Shown here in pieces: positions 62,002-64,000 of a DNA stretch of 64,000 bases. The notes beneath the pieces are model-generated. The model made no database searches. It saw only the letters and a list, made by a program, of their open reading frames with translations, and had not been told where the DNA came from. Source of the stretch: Reclinomonas americana ATCC 50394 (taxonomy: Eukaryota); NCBI GenBank assembly GCA_048213135.1, contig PS015023.1:112314-176313 (forward strand), read 5' to 3'. Made by a program: the position numbers and the translations under genes. How positions within the stretch are numbered: position 1 is the stretch's first letter; the number at the start of each line of letters is the position of its first letter.

Positions 62002-63826
62002 TCAAGCCGCGCCAACTTGAATGGCGAAGAAGAGGTTGGAGTCGGGCTGCGCCTGCACCGTCGTGTACACGCAGCCGGAGCCGCAGCGACCCGGCGCCTG
62101 CAGCATCTGAAACACCTCGGTCTCGTCGCCAAGGCGCTCGGCCAGCGATTCCGGACGCGGCGCGTGAGCCGGGCGGCGATCGTAGACGCCATTCGACTTG
62201 CGCGAGCCGTGCACGAATTGCGGCGTGTTGAGGTGGATCGAGTGGGTGAGCATCTCCGACCACAGGCTCAGCTTGAAGTGGAACTTGGGCGCGTACACCA
62301 GCTTGCGGCTCTGGCCATTGGCCGAGGCGCGCTTCTTCGGTCCGTCCTTCTTGCACTTGAGTTGGTAGTGCATCTCCACAATGACAAAGTCGTCCTTGGA
62401 GTCGGCCGGGTTGAGCGTGTCGACCGTGATCGACATGGCGGTCTTGATGAACTGGATGTCGGGGTACACCAGCTCGCCCGACGGCGACATCTCCAGGAAG
62501 TCGTGACCATTGTGCGAGAACAGCTCCAGGTCGGCGTTCCAATCGACGTAGCGCGCGTGCGGCACGCGGAACACGAATTTGTAGCGGAGCTTGGCATTGT
62601 CTGTGTGGGAGGGAGAGAAAGAGTGAGATCAAGGGGAAGGGGAGAACAATAAGGAACAAGTGAGAGGAAAACTCACCAGGACCGAGGACCTCGGGGAAAC
62701 CAGGCAACCAGGCGCCGCGCTGTGTGCTCTCGAGCACCACAAACGTCAGCGCATGCGGCTGCAGCGACTGGCGAATGGCGTGGCACAAGTCGGCCGGTGG
62801 CGTGCCAGCGTCTTGCGGCGCATACGGCATCTGCTCCAGCTCATCCTCCGTCGGCGCCACACGGAAAGTCTCCGGCAGACGCGACGACAGGCCACTGGCG
62901 CCCACCATCGACGGCGTCATGTCGGCCGAAGCCGAGTAGTTGTACGACAACTCGCGCTTGATCTGTTGCTGCTGCTGCGGCACGGCGGCAGTCTCCTGCA
63001 GCTGCTGCATTTGCTGCAAGTGACGCGCCTGTTGCAAGTAGAACACCGCGGCCTTGAGCACCTCGGGCGTGAGTCCGGCCACACCAGCCGCCGCGGCAGC
63101 AGCGGACGGCGACATGGGCGAGCCAGCAGCCGACGACGGCAAGTAGGCGGACACTGGAGCCGGCTGCGGCACCGGCGGCATCGCGTACTGCATGGCGTAC
63201 TGCGGCGGCGCCATAAACACCGACGGCTGCGCGTAGTACGGCGACGGTTCCGGTTCGAAAGCGGGCGCCGGCATCGCGGAGCACGCCATAAACTGCGGGA
63301 ACGGGAGAATTTGAGCATTCGGAGTTGCTCGCTCGCGACGCCGCGGCGCGGGAATTTCTTACTGCAACGCAACTGCTTGCTCCTCTTCGGCCTCGTCAAA
63401 CGCCACTCCATCAAGATGACCGCCGGTCTCCGAGTCGGCCGCACCCGGCTGCCCGCTCATGTACGACAAGGGCATCATGAACGACGGGGCAGAGGCAGTG
63501 GCGGCTGCGGAGGCGTCGTCCCAAGCCGATTCATCACCGCCATCCCACATGTCCACGTCGCCGTCGCCCATCTCCACGAGAGCAGACGACTCGGCGAATG
63601 ATGCCACGTGGCTGGTGGGCATGGAGGGGCCGCCGTGCGCGCCACCACCAAAGGAATCGTCGTGGTGACCGTTGAACGGTTCGAGGTATTCGCCGGCGAC
63701 AGGCGCTGTGTGTGCACAAATAGATGAGAAGGCGATGCACACAGCGCCGGTGACGCGTTACACAAAGGAGGCGCAACTGATGGGTGGCTCCCACTGGAAG
63801 CGATCAGAGGTGAAGCGGTGGAACAT
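62002..63826 (-). CDS. Putative transcription factor, paralog B
   Basis: Three introns, including one at the same position as in paralog A (VLGP|DNAKLRY). Shared IVEMHYQLKCKKDGPKKRA..RKLVYAP.FHF..NTP.FVHGSRKSNGVYDRR. Confidence 0.7.
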
Positions 63827-63919
63827 TCAGAGAGAGTGTGTGTGTTTTGTTGGAGAGTTGGTGCGCGCGCGCGAACGATGCGAATGAAGTTTGATTGACT
63901 GGAATTTTCGGAGCCTGAC

Positions 63920-63927
63920 TATTTATA
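63920..63927 (-). promoter_or_regulatory. TATA box of paralog B
   Basis: TATAAATA on the minus strand about 95 nt upstream of ATG 63826, in otherwise GC-rich DNA. Confidence 0.6.
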
Positions 63928-64000
63928 CCCCCGATCGCCGCGTGTGATTTTGAACCGCACGATTTGCGTTGCACATTCGGCGCAGGTTCACATTGTTCAC

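Noticed and set aside
1-64000. Alternative genetic code or stop-codon readthrough
   Set aside because: In-frame stops fall inside introns, and TAA, TAG and TGA all terminate the gene models normally.

Overview
GC-rich, gene-dense, intron-rich eukaryotic DNA read in the standard code. It most likely comes from a unicellular eukaryote with centrioles (CEP44) and mitochondria (NFS1, ERV1, MTRFR). I assembled about 22 spliced gene models by hand from reading frames and splice phases; the supplied ORF track is mostly exon fragments and antisense shadows. Recognisable genes are CEP44, an S8 subtilase, ERV1, MTRFR/C12orf65, NFS1, RPAP1, MED10, DNA2 and a YTH-domain protein. Five features stand out. 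(1) More than 30 introns use a +1-shifted 5' splice site (non-G|GTTGCGT, GTTGAGT) alongside normal G|GTGCGT donors. (2) One gene encodes a circularly permuted pepsin-type protease whose first catalytic DTGS strand follows the C-lobe. (3) An intron-containing giant-virus-type AEP primase hosts a complete antisense gene inside a 1.4-kb intron. (4) Several proteins have unusual architectures: CAP-Gly+OTU, PH+2xPsbP-like, and coiled-coil+HNH. (5) A tandem pair of probable transcription factors shares an unassigned beta-rich domain. All family calls come from motif recognition, not database searches.
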